A stretch of 64,000 nt of DNA from Pecten maximus (Eukaryota): contig NC_047027.1 of the NCBI RefSeq assembly GCF_902652985.1, positions 32,240,001 through 32,304,000 of the forward strand. Reading direction: 5' to 3'. This document shows, piece after piece, positions 27,525-40,805 of the stretch; position 1 is the first letter of the stretch, and each line of letters starts with the position of its first letter. A model generated the notes under the pieces. The model searched no databases and had not been told where the DNA came from. It saw only the letters and a list, made by a program, of their open reading frames with translations. The position numbers and the translations under genes are program-made.

Positions 27525-29490
27525 GTATCTGTAGACGTGGGTAAGTTTTACCCGGTCTCTGTAGATGTGGTTAAGTTTTTACCCTGTCTCTGTAGATGTG
27601 GGTAAGTTTTACCCGGTCTCTGTAGATGTGGTTAAGTTTTTACCCTGTCTCTGTAGATGTGGGTAAGTTTTTACCTGGTCTCTGTAGATGTAGGTAAGTT
27701 TTACCTGGTCTCTGTAGATGTGGGTATGTCTTACCTGGTCTCTGTAGATGTGGGTAAGTTTTACCCGGTCTCTGTAGATGTTGGTAAGTTTTTACAGGTC
27801 TCTGTAGATGTGGGTAAGTTTTTACCTGGTCTCTGTAGATGTGGGTAAGTTTTTACCTGGTCTCTGTAGATGTGGGTATGTATTACCTGGTCTCTGTAGA
27901 TGTGGGTATGTTTTTACCTTGTCTCTGTAGATGTGGGTACGTTTTTACAGGCGTCTGTAGATGTTGGTAAGTTTTTACCCGGTCTCTGTAGATGTAGGTA
28001 AGTTTTTACCTGGTCTCTGTAGATGTAGGTAAGTTTTTACCCTGTCTCTGTAGATGTGGGTAAGTTTTTACCTGGTCTCTGTAGATGTAGGTAAGTTTTA
28101 CCCGGTCTCTGTAGATGTAGGTAAGTTTTTACCTGGTCTCTGTAGATGTAGGTAAGTTTTACCCGGTCTCTGTAGATGTGGGTAAGTTTTTACCTGGTCT
28201 CTGTAGATGTAGGTAAGTTTTACCCGGTCTCTGTAGATGTAGGTAAGTTTTTACCTGGTCTCTGTAGATGTAGGTAAGTTTTTACCCTGTCTCTGTAGAT
28301 GTGGGTAAGTTTTTACCCTGTCTCTGTAGATGTGGGTAAGTTTTTACCTGGTCTCTGTAGATGTGGGTAAGTTGTTACCTGGTCTCTGTAGATGTGGGTA
28401 AGTTTTTACCTTGTCTCTGTAGATGTAGGTAAGTTTTACCTGGTCTCTGTAGATGTGGGTAAGTTTTTACCCTGTCTCTGTAGATGTAGGTAAGTTTTTA
28501 CCCGGTCTCTGTAGATGTGGGTAAGTTTTTACATGGTCTCTGTAGATGTGGGTAAGTTTTACCCAGTCTCTGTAGATGTAGGTAAGTTTTACCTGGTCTC
28601 TGTAGATGTGGGTAAGTTTTACCTGGTCTCTGTAGATGTAGGTAAGTTTTTACCCGGTCTCTGTAGATGTGGGTAAGTTTTTACCCGGTCTCTGTAGATG
28701 TAGGTACGTTTTTACCAGTCTCTGTAGATGTTGGTACGCTTTTACCTGGTCTCTGTAGATGTAGGTAAGTTTTTACCTGGTCTCTGTAGATGTGGGTAAG
28801 TTTTACCTGGTCTCTGTAGATGTGGGTAAGTTTTTACATGGTCTCTGTAGATGTGGGTAAGTTTTACCCAGTCTCTGTAGATGTGGGTAAGTTTTTACCC
28901 GGTCTCTGTAGATGTGGGTAAGTTTTTACAGGTCTCTGTAGATGTAGGTAAGTTTTACCTGGTCTCTGTAGATGTGGGTAAGTTTTACCTGGTCTCTGTA
29001 GATGTAGGTAAGTTTTTACCCGGTCTCTGTAGATGTGGGTAAGTTTTTACCCTGTCTCTGTAGATGTGGGTAAGTTTTTACCTGGTCTCTGTAGATGTGG
29101 GTAAGTTTTACCTGGTCTCTGTAGATGTAGGTAAGTTTTACCTGGTCTCTGTAGATGTAGGTAAGTTTTTACCCGGTCTCTGTAGATGTGGGTAAGTTTT
29201 TACTGGGTCTCTGTAGATGTGGGTAAGTTTTTACCCGGTCTCTGTAGATGTAGGTAAGTTTTTACCCAGTCTCTGTAGATGTGGGTAAGTTTTTACCTTG
29301 TCTCTGTAGATGTGGGTAAGTTTTTACCTGGTCTCTGTAGATGTAGGTAAGTTTTTACCCAGTCTCTGTAGATGTAGGTAAGTTTTTACCCAGTCTCTGT
29401 AGATGTGGGTCAGTTTTTACCCTGTCTCTGTAGATGTGGGTCAGTTTTTACCCTGTCTCTGTAGATGTGGGTATGTTTTTACCTGGTCTC
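27525..29490. repeat. Minisatellite, 29-30-bp unit (gtctctgtagatgtgggtaagtttttacctg)
   Basis: About 66 copies; grades into a related ~35-bp unit at 29490-29630. Confidence 0.97.
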
Positions 29491-29894
29491 CTTAAGCTGA
29501 GTATGGTGTGGGTACAGCTGGTCTCCGTAAGCTGAGTATGGTGTGGGTACAGCTGGTCTCCGTAAGCTGAGTATGGTGTGGGTAAGTTTTTACCTCGTCT
29601 CCGTAAGCTGAGTATGGTGTGGGTACAGTATGAGAACCAACTCGTAAAATTAGCAGTAAATCAGTGACAGATGTCTGTGTAGATCTACACTCTCTGATAT
29701 TTACCAGAGTGTTTTACTCATTTGTCTGTGATTTCCTTTTAATAATAAAAACTAAGACGGATGCTTCATTAACGCTGTTGTTGAGATTCCTGTGGTGATG
29801 TCAGCCGAGTGGAGAAATGTTTTGTAGCTCCCTGATGTCTACTCTAATGTAAAGATATTTACATGTAGAGGCTGGAATTGTTTTGTCTTCTTAA

Positions 29895-30280
29895 TGGAAG
29901 CCTTGTGTGTACTGTATACTCAGAAACCTTGTTTGTACGTACTTGGAAACCTTGTGTGTATGTACTTGGAAACCTTGTGTGTATGAACTTGGAAACCTTG
30001 TGTGTACGTACTTGGAAACCTTGTGTGTACGTACTTGGAAACCTTGTGTGTATGTACTTGGAAACCTTGTGTGTATGTACTTGGAAACCTTGTGTGTATG
30101 TACTTGGAAACCTTGTGTGTATGTACTTGGAAACCTTGTGTGTACGTACTTGGAAACCTTGTGTACGTACTTGGAAACCTTGTGTGTATGTACTTGGAAA
30201 CCTTGTGTGTATGTACTTGGAAACCTTGTGTGTATGTACTTGGAAACCTTGTGTGTATGTACTTGGAAACCTTGTGTGTG
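29895..30280. repeat. Minisatellite, 23-bp unit (gtacttggaaaccttgtgtgtat)
   Basis: About 16 copies. Confidence 0.95.
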
Positions 30281-31812
30281 ACATACTCAGTAGGCAGAGA
30301 CTCACTGGGCATCATTAGTCATACAGGTGGAGACTTACTGGGCATCATTTGTCACATGGACAGAGACTTACTGGGCATCATTTGTCACATGGACAGAGAC
30401 TTACTGGACATCATTAGTCACACAGACGGACACTTACTGGAGATCATTAGTCACACAGACGGACACTTACTGGACATCATTAGTCACAAAGACAGAGACT
30501 TACTGGACATCATTAGTCACACAGGTAGAGACTTACCGGGCATCATTAGTCACACAGACAGAGACTTACTGGGCATCATTTGTCACACAGGCGGAGACTT
30601 ACTGGACATCATTAGTCACACAGACAGAGACTTACTGGACATCATTAGTCACACAGACGGAGACTTAATGGACATCATTAGTCACAAAGACAGAGACTTA
30701 CTGGGCATCATTAGTCACACAGACGGAGACTTACTGGACATCATTAGTCACACAGACGGAGACTTACTGGATATCATTAGTCACACAGACGGAGACTTAC
30801 TGGGCATCATTAGTCACAAAGACAGAGACTTACTGGGCATCATTAGTCACACAGGCAGAGACTTACTGGGCATCATTAGTCACACAGACGGACACTTACT
30901 GGACATCATTAGTCACACAGACAGAGACTTACTGGACATCATTAGTCACACAGGCAGAGACTTACTGGGCATCATTAGTCACACAGACGGATACTTACTG
31001 GGCATCATTAGTCACACAGACGGATACTTACTGGACATCATTAGTCACACAGACGGAGACTTACTGGACATCATTAGTCACACAGGCAGAGACTACTGGG
31101 CATCATTAGTCACACAGATAGACTTACTGGACACCATTAGTCACACAGGTGGAGACTTACTGGACATCATAAGTCACACAGGTGGAGACTTACTGGACAT
31201 CATTAGTCACACAGACAGAGACTACTGGGCATCATTAGTCACACAGATAGACTTACTGGACACCATTAGTCACACAGGTGGAGACTTACTGGACATCATA
31301 AGTCACACAGGTGGAGACTTACTGGACATCATTTGTTACACTGACAGAGACTTACTGGACATCATTAGTCACACAGACGGAGACTTACTGGACATCATTA
31401 GTCACACAGACGGAGACTTACTGGACATCATTTGTCACACAGGTGGAGACTTACTGGACACCATTAGTCACACAGACAGAGACTTACTGCACACCATTAG
31501 TCACACAGACGGAGACTTACTGGACATCATTTGTCACACAGGTGGAGACTTACTGGACATCATTAGTCACACAGACAGAGACTTACTGGACATCATTAGT
31601 CACACAGACGGAGACTTACTGGACACCATTAGTCACACAGACAGAGACTTACTGGACATCATTTGTCACACAGACGGAGACTTACTGGACATCATTAGTC
31701 ACACAGACGGAGACTTACTGGACACCATTAGTCACACAGACAGAGACTTACTGGACATCATTTGTCACACAGGTTGAGACTTACTGGACATCATTTGTCA
31801 AAGAGGCAGAGA
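30281..31812. repeat. Minisatellite, 33-bp unit (cacacagacggagacttactggacatcattagt)
   Basis: About 46 copies; source of the 591-aa ORF. Confidence 0.95.
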
Positions 31813-32604
31813 CCGATAAGTATTTGTAAATCAATATGACATATGTTTCTTATATTGTGGTATAATTCTCCAATGACTGGTTCTCTGTGAATGACAAACT
31901 ACTAAATCTGCCAAACATAGACCGCTGCCCGATGACAATTAATTGTCTAATTATCCTCTAAAGATAGATTGCTGGCATTCAGGAGACCTTTTTACTGTAC
32001 AAATGTATAGTAGTAAGGACCAGTGTGTTCCCCTCCCCGGAGACTTATCCCCACTCCAGACCCTTAATAAGGCGTTTTTCATATAATTGGTAGCTTTTTG
32101 TGGCCACATCCAGGCTACACTACTTCTGGGTGTGATAATTGTTTCCGTTGGCGATGGTAAAGCTATCAGCGTGGCTTCCTGGGGAACAGCTCATCTAGAA
32201 ACGTTAACATGTGCCGAGGATTTGAGGATAATATAGCACCATAACAATGGCTTTATACTGATACAGTAATGGTATTTATGTATTGCAGTTCAGAATAAAA
32301 TCTTCTCCTAACAAAAGATGATCGTTGCATTGTTTTCTTGTTGATACGTATTGGTATATTGTTCAAATGGGAATTATCATGGATTTGTTTTAAATGTCAG
32401 ATATTTTGTGTGAAAAATGTCAGGAGGTTAATTCTTTTGTGTAGGAAGTGATGGGACATCATTGGTACCAGCTTCTGTTGTAAAATAAAAATATACAACA
32501 TGAAGTTGTTTAAAATTCCACTGTTTCATATGATCGGGTTTGTTTGATATAAGACAAGATGTTGTAGAAGCTGGGAAATGTGGACTTTTGTTAGGAGTTG
32601 GAGA

Positions 32605-35259
32605 CTGACTCACGATTGATGTCGGGAATACTAGCTACACTGACTCACGCTTGATGTGGGGAATACTAGCTACACTGACTCACGTTTGATGTGGGGAATA
32701 CTAGCTACACTGACTCACGTTTGATGTGGGGAATACTAGCTACACTGACTCACGTTTGATGTGGGGAATACTAGCTACACTGACTCACGCGTGATGTGGG
32801 GAATACTAGCTACACTGACTCACGTTTGATGTGGGGAATACTAGCTAGACTGACTCACGCGTGATGTGGGGAATACTAGCTACACTGACTCACGCATGAT
32901 GTGGGGAATACTAGCTACATTGACTCACGTTTGATGTGGGAAATACTAGCTACACTGACTCACGTTTGATGTGGGGAATACTAACTACACTGACTCACGC
33001 GTGATGTGGGGAATACTAGCTATACTGACTCACGTTTGATGTGGGGAATACTAGCTACAGTGACTCACGTTTGATGTGGGGAATACTAGCTACACTGACT
33101 CACGTTTGATGTGGGGAATACTAGCTACACTGACTCACGTTTGATGTGGGGAATACTAGCTACACTGACTCACGTTTGATGTGGGGAATACTAGCTACAC
33201 TGACTCACGTTTGATGTGGGGAATACTAGCTAGACTGACTCACGCGTGATGTGGGGAATACTAGCTACACTGACTCACGTTTGATGTGGGGAATACTAGC
33301 TACACTGACTCACGTTTGATGTGGGGAATACTAGCTACACTGACTCACGTTTGATGTGGGGAATACTAGCTACACTGACTCACGTTTGATGTGGGGAATA
33401 CTAGCTACACTGACTCACGTTGATGTGGGGAATACTAGCTACACTGACTCACGTTTGATGTGGGGAATACTAGCTACACTGACTCACGTTTGATGTGGGG
33501 AATACTAGCTACACTGACTCACGTTTGATGTGGGGAATACTAGCTACACTGACTCACGTTTGATGTGGGGAATACTAGCTACACTGACTCACGTTTGATG
33601 TGGGGAATACTAGCTACACTGACTCACGTTTGATGTGGGGAATACTAGCTACACTGACTCACGTTTGATGTGGGGAATACTAGCTACACTGACTCACGCG
33701 TGATGTGGGGAATACTAGCTACACTGACTCACGTTTGATGTGGGGAATACTAGCTACACTGACTCACGTTTGATGTGGGGAATACTAGCTACACTGACTC
33801 ACGTTTGATGTGGGGAATACTAGCTACACTGACTCACGTTTGATGTGGGGAATACTAGCTACACTGACTCACGTTTGATGTGGGGAATACTAGCTACACT
33901 GACTCACGCTTGATGTGGGGAATACTAGCTACACTGACTCACGTTGATGTGGGGAATACTAGCTACACTGACTCACGTTTGATGTGGGGAATACTAGCTA
34001 CACTGACTCACGTTTGATGTGGGGAATACTAGCTACACTGACTCACGTTTGATGTGGGGAATACTAGCTACACTGACTCACGTTTGATGTGGGGAATACT
34101 AGCTACACTGACTCACGTTTGATGTGGGGAATACTAGCTACACTGACTCACGTTTGATGTGGGGAATACTAGCTACACTGACTCACGTTTGATGTGGGGA
34201 ATACTAGCTACACTGACTCACGTTTGATGTGGGGAATACTAGCTACACTGACTCACGTTTGATGTGGGGAATACTAGCTACACTGACTCACGTTTGATGT
34301 GGGGAATACTAGCTACACTGACTCACGCTTGATGTGGGGAATACTAGCTACACTGACTCACGTTTGATGTGGGGAATACTAGCTACACTGACTCACGCGT
34401 GATGTGGGGAATACTAGCTACACTGACTCACGTTTGATGTGGGGAATACTAGCTACACTGACTCACGTTTGATGTGGGGAATACTAGCTACACTGACTCA
34501 CGCGTGATGTGGGGAATACTAGCTACACTGACTCACGTTTGATGTGGGGAATACTAGCTACACTGACTCACGTTTGATGTGGGGAATACTAGCTACACTG
34601 ACTCACGTTTGATGTGGGGAATACTAGCTACACTGACTCACGTTTGATGTGGGGAATACTAGCTACACTGACTCACATTTGATGTGGGGAATACTAGATA
34701 CACTGACTCACGCGTGATGTGGGGAATACTAGCTACACTGACTCACGCGTGATGTGGGGAATACTAGCTACATTGACTCACGTTTGATGTGGGGAATACT
34801 AGCTACAGTGACTCATGTTTGATGTGGGGAATACTAGCTACACTGACTCACGCGTGATGTGGGGAATACTAGCTACACTGACTCACGCGTGATGTGGGGA
34901 ATACTAGCTACACTGACTCACGTTTGATGTGGGGAATACTAGCTACACTGACTCACGCGTGATGTGGGGAATACTAGCTACACTGACTCACGTTTGATGT
35001 GGGGAATACTAGCTACACTGACTCACGTTTGATGTCGGGAATACTAGCTACACTGACTCACGTTTGATGTGGGGAATACTAGCTACACTGACTCACGCGT
35101 GATGTGGGGAATACTAGCTACACTGACTCACGTTTGATGTGGGGAATACTAGCTACACTGACTCACGTTTGATGTGGGGAATACTAGCTACACTGACTCA
35201 CGTTTGATGTGGGGAATACTAGCTACACTGACTCACGCGTGATGTGGGGAATACTAGCT
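32605..35259. repeat. Homogeneous minisatellite, 35-bp unit (ctgactcacgtttgatgtggggaatactagctaca)
   Basis: About 76 near-identical copies. Confidence 0.97.
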
Positions 35260-36239
35260 GTTTGATATAAAGGGAATTAGATATCACAGTTTTTGTTTGG
35301 AGAAGGAAAGTATACCATTTTGTTCAGAAAATGCCTGGAATGTTAGGTGTGTGAAATGCCCTAATATATTTGGTGTTGGAAATTGGCCTGAAATGTTTGG
35401 CTGTGTGAAATGGCCTGAAATATTAGGTGTGTGTGAAATGACCTGAAATATTAGGTGCAGGAAATGGCTGGAATTAGTTGGCGTGGTAATTTTAATGGCC
35501 TGAAATATTTGATGTTGAAAATGTCCAGAAATGTTTTGGTGTGAGAAATGGCCTAAAATGTTTTGGTGTGGAAAATCTCCCAAATGTTTGGGTGTTGGAA
35601 TTAAATGGCCTGAGATCTTTAGGTGAGGGAATATTGTGTGTGTTTCATGTAAAAAGAATCAGGAGTATTTAAAATGTGGGAAATATATGACATCAAAGGA
35701 GAAAATCTTTATGTTGGAGATGAAGTACTGTTTGTGGAGATGACTATTGTGTATTGTATAACTTGTGTAGTAAACAGTGCCACCTGTCTATACAGATGTA
35801 ATTACTAACAGGACTCTTTTCTCTTCAAAATATTGTTTTAGAGACTATCAGATAGCGTTTGCCTATCGTTTGTAGAAACAATTGATTTTGTAATATATAT
35901 TTGATAGATTTTTCTGACATGATAAAATGCACCATGTATAATGAATTATTGATGAAGATTTTCATCTGAATCAGCTGGTTGTATCTAGTTCACTTGACAG
36001 AGTAGAACGATTCGGCAGCTGTGTATATATACATCCTGGAACCTAGAAATTTAGGAAATAATCAAATAATTTGTAAAGTCTCATTCCCGGCTATTATATT
36101 ATCCTTCGGAAACAGATAAAATGTTAATTATAACTTGCCTAGGTTATGTTATCATATCCAAAAATCAATACAGGTATGCTATTTTTTCTTAGTAAATATA
36201 CTTTCAGTTTCTTATACATTGTGATTAATTCTTACCTTA

Positions 36240-36808
36240 CAGATGGATGGAGCCTTCCATTTATAAAACTATTAATTTCCTTGCTGATAAAACATATCAC
36301 CCTAAAATAGATCAATGGTACCTTCCATTTCTAAAACTATGACTTTCCTCCCAGATGAAACCTGTCATCCCTAGAATAGATGAATGGAACATTCTGTTTC
36401 TAAAACTATGACTTTCCTCTCTGATGAAACCTGTCATCCCTAGAATAGATGAATGGAACATTCTGTTTCTAAAACTATGACTTTCCTCCCAGATGAAACC
36501 TGTCATCCCTAGAATAGATGAATGGAACATTCTGTTTCTAAAACTATGACTTTCCTCTCTGATGAAACCTGTCATCCCTAGAATAGATGAATGGAACATT
36601 CTGTTTCTAAAACTATGACTTTCCTCTCTGATGAAACCTGTCATCCCTAGAATAGATGAATGGAACATTCTGTTTCTAAAACTATGACTTTCCTCCCAGA
36701 TGAAACTTATCATCCCTAAAATAGATGAATGGAACATTCTGTTTCTAAAACTATGACTTTCCTCTCTGATTAAACCTGTCATCCCTAACATAAATGAATG
36801 GAACATTG
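36240..36808. repeat. Tandem repeat, 69-bp unit
   Basis: About 8 copies, degenerate at the left edge. Confidence 0.92.
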
Positions 36809-37734
36809 GAAAACTTATTGTTCGCTATATATCAATAATGTCCATTAAATTAGATAAATGGATGCAGGACTGTGTGTTTGATGGTTTCTGATTCTGTGTA
36901 CCCAGGAATCAGTCAGATTAGATATCAACATTTAATGTAGAAAGGAATATATTTTTAAGTTTTCTGCTAGGCTTAACTCTTCTGCTCTGGTTGGATTTCT
37001 CTTCACCTTGGCCACAGCTTACTGACACCCTTGGGGAATTTATTGTTCTGTGAATTGCATACTGTGACATTCATTGACGTATGAGAGCCATACCTTCCCA
37101 GTACTTCAACACAAATTGTTCTACCCAATCAAAATGTAACTTGGAATGCAGTTTCCGAGGTCAGGAAATCCAGTTATAAATTCCTTCTCTGTGCAAGCCC
37201 CAGTTCCTTGACAGAAATCTTGGTCGGCATTAATCAATGAAAAATATGAAGTACGATTAAGAAACATGCAATTGAAACACTTGTCATTGAGTTAGTGTTA
37301 CAATTTGATATCCTCACAGAGTCGTGTTTAATAGGTTTCAATTGATGATCTAGTATAATCCATGTGACTGGTATGATACGGACTCAGGGAGGATAAAATG
37401 TTAAATGGTCAAAATGAAAAGAACAGGCTGCCTGGACGTAGTTGGAACAGCAGGCAGTCTATAGGTGGAACGTCGCGTGATTTGAAGGTTTTTAATATTT
37501 TTTATTTTTGTACTTGGAAGTCTATGCTGGTCAGGCGAGATTTGGACGTGGTGAACTGGGAAACTCCAGTTCATGTAGTCGAGGTCTGTGTGATCAGTCT
37601 ACACAAAAGGCTTCTCAGGAGAACATCAAAGTTTGTGGATGTTTTAATATCTGTAGGACTCTGAGGAGAGTCTGAAAAAAACTTCATTCAGTGTGATGTG
37701 TTGGTGAAAAATATGATTGACTGATATGATGGTT

Positions 37735-37972
37735 AAATTCAAAGGTCAATTTATGATCGATTGGTTCAAAGGTCGTTTTACAATGGATGTTATTGTTCAG
37801 AGGCCATTTTATTACTGGTGTAATGGTTCAAAGGTTATTTTATGACTGATTGGTTCAAAGGTCAGTTTATGACTGATTGGTTCAAAGGTCATTTTATGAC
37901 TGATTGGTTCAAAGGTCATTTTATAGCTGGTGTGATAGTTCAAAGGTCATTTTATGGCTGATGTGATATTCA
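37735..37972. repeat. Degenerate ~28-bp repeat containing ttcaaaggtca
   Basis: About 8 copies. Confidence 0.75.
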
Positions 37973-38261
37973 GATGACTCTTCCAATTTCGAAGGTCCTG
38001 GCTTTTTCAAAATTCTCAATGGCATGGTAAACAAAGGAAATCGTCATTCAAGTGCAAATCTGGTATAGTTTATCGTATATGTTAGTTGAGGGATACACTA
38101 TAGCGTTCATAGAATATAGAATACCATACCTCGTAGTTTATTAGTTTAGTTAGACATTGTGTGACAGCAGTAGGTATTGGTATATAGTCTTGATTAGAAG
38201 GAGGACGTCATACCGTACGACAGTTGTAATATATAGTCATATAATGGCAGAAGACAGATTT

Positions 38262-39420
38262 ACCATAACAGAAGGTGTTTCTACAGAAGGTGTAACTGTC
38301 ACTATAACCCACAGGTGTTCCTACAGAAGGTGTAACTGTCACTATAACCCACAGGTGTTCCTACAGAAGGTGTAACTGTCACTATAACCCACAGGTGTTC
38401 CTACAGAAGGTGTAACTGTCTCTATAACCCACAGGTGTTCCTACAGAAAGTGTAGTTGTCACTATAACCTACAGGTGTTCCTACAGAAAGTGTAACTGTC
38501 ACTATAACCCACAGGTGTTCCTACAGAAGGTGTAGTTGTCACTGTAACCCACAGGTGTTCCTACAGAAAGTGTAACTGTCACCTCACTGTAACCCACAGG
38601 TGTTCCTACAGAAGGTGTAACTGTCACTATAACCCACAGGTGTTCCTACAGAAGGTGTAACTGTCACTATAACCCACAGGTGTTCCTACAGAAGGTGGAA
38701 CTGTCACTATAACCCACAGGTGTTCCTACAGAAGGTGTAGTTGTCACTATAACCCACAAGTGTTCCTACAGAATGTGTAGTTGTCACTATAACCCACAGG
38801 TGTTCCTACAGAAGGTGTAACTGTCACTATAACCCACAGGTGTTCCTACAGAAGATGTAACTGTCACTATAACCCACAGGTGTTCCTACAGAAGGTGTAG
38901 TTGTCACTATAACCCACAGGTGTTCCTACAGAAGGTGTAACTGTCACTATAACCCACAGGTGTTCCTACAGAAAGTGTAGTTGTCACTATAACACACAGG
39001 TGTTCCTACAGAAGGTGGAACTGTCACTATAACCCACAGGTGTTCCTACAGAAGGTGTAACTGTCACTATAACCCACAGGTGTTCCTACAGAAAGTGTAG
39101 TTGTCACTTTAACCCACAGGTGTTCCTACAGAAAGTGTAACTGTCACTATAACCCACAGGTGTTCCTACAGAAGGTGTAACTGTCACTGTAACACACAGG
39201 TGTTCCTACAGAAGGTGTAACTGTCACTATAACACACAGGTGTTCCTACAGAAAGTGTAGTTGTCACTATAACCCACAGGTGTTCCTACAGAAGGTGTAA
39301 CTGTCACTGTAACACACAGGTGTTCCTACAGAAGGTGTAACTGTCACTATAACACACAGGTGTTCCTACAGAAAGTGTAGTTGTCACTATAACCCACAGG
39401 TGTTCCTACAGAAGGTGTAG
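38262..39420. repeat. Minisatellite, 40-bp unit (aacccacaggtgttcctacagaaggtgtaactgtcactat)
   Basis: About 29 copies. Confidence 0.95.
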
Positions 39421-39574
39421 CAGCCGTCACTGGCAGTCCTACCATTAGTGTGTTACTACGGTGTTAAGGAGGATTTAAACATTTACCTGATCAGTCATAA
39501 CTAAAGCCAAACATCATGGCAAATCTTAGGATTTATGACCAAACAGACTGGATTTATCATCTGATATTGTGACC

Positions 39575-39720
39575 ATGGATTTCTCTAAACTAAACGAACT
39601 GAGGAATAAGAATGGTTTTTCTTCGCCGCGGGTGAGAGATGTAGCAGCCACACAGTCAATCGCCCGCGGCTTCCAGCTCGACCACTGCTGGTTCTGTGGT
39701 CGTCCCATGAATGGTTACAG
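39575..39720 (+). CDS. PHLDB: Candidate alternative first coding exon of PHLDB (short isoform)
   Basis: gaccATGG start context; 48 stop-free codons plus AG, then strong donor CAG|gtaaga; phase 2, in frame with exon C; CpG-richer than its flanks. Confidence 0.6.
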
Positions 39721-40805
39721 GTAAGAACAAAAGAACAAAGTCGGAATTGACATGTCATATAGATATACAATCTTCATACTGTCATGTTGTATGACTCGTA
39801 GAGGTTATTCTTATCTTGATGCTCAATGGCAGTCATAACCATCAAAAAACGTAAATATTGTGCACATGCGATATGTTGAATCAAAGTCTATAACTTTATT
39901 AAATTTGAAACAAGGTTATTTTAATCCATAATTGCACATTTACAAACATAACAAAGTTAGATTCTTCAAGGAAGGAACATCAGCGACCTTGACCTTTGAC
40001 CTAATCAACAAGTTCCATCCTAATATTGGTGTAACTGTCATGTGGTATCAATGCTTTAAATAAATTATTGAAAATTGTAATCAGGTCATGTGAATTATAG
40101 TGTAAAACTATTATTAGAAGCATCAATATGTAATTTATTCAAATGAGTCTGTGTAGTTCAAAGTACAATGTATATATAATGTTCACTTCATTATTAGAGC
40201 TCCAAGTCTCTCTCATGTGGCTAAGAGTTGTGTTCCCTGTCAGAGACATACAAAAGTCTAACATTTTGGGAGTTGGACCACCAGTTCATCTATTTTCCGT
40301 GTAATGCGACTGGGACGAAAATCTTGCTGAATGTCTTCAGCAATATACTTCACAGAGTTAGCACTTAAAGATGGCATCATGCAGTTTCACTTTATCACAA
40401 ACACACACTTACTACACACATGATGCTCAACCAAACACATAACCACACCCTCCCGAAACACACACACTTGCTACACACATGCAGTGCAACCAAAGCTTTG
40501 ATAGGTCATTACACAATATCAAACCTAACCTGTATTGATTAGATAAGTATATATGTATTGACTTTTACCCGATCTGCCTAACTTTTATTACAGCAAATAT
40601 ATTTCAGAGCAAATATGGCAGAATGTAGTGTTTATTATTGTCTCACCTGGTCCAGAGGAGGTGTTATCCATCCCTCGTCTGGCATCCGTACATCAGCAAT
40701 TTCTGAAACAAATTCTTCTTCTGAACCACTTATTGGAATTTGTCAGGAGGCATCCAGTGGGAGAGAATTAAAAATTGTACAATGGTGGGGCTGACCCCCC
40801 AGGGG

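Noticed and set aside
30002-31829. 591-aa and overlapping ORFs with HTDGDLLDIIS repeats
   Set aside because: Translation of 23-bp and 33-bp minisatellites; the unit length is a multiple of 3, several frames are open, and there is no unique domain or credible gene structure.
32605-35259. CRISPR-like 35-bp periodicity
   Set aside because: Head-to-tail identical units with no unique spacers, no cas genes, eukaryotic intron context.
37398-37664. ORF MLNGQNEKNRLPGRSW... as another alternative first exon
   Set aside because: The only nearby donor-like site (AAG|gttttt) is weak and phase 0, incompatible with exon C.
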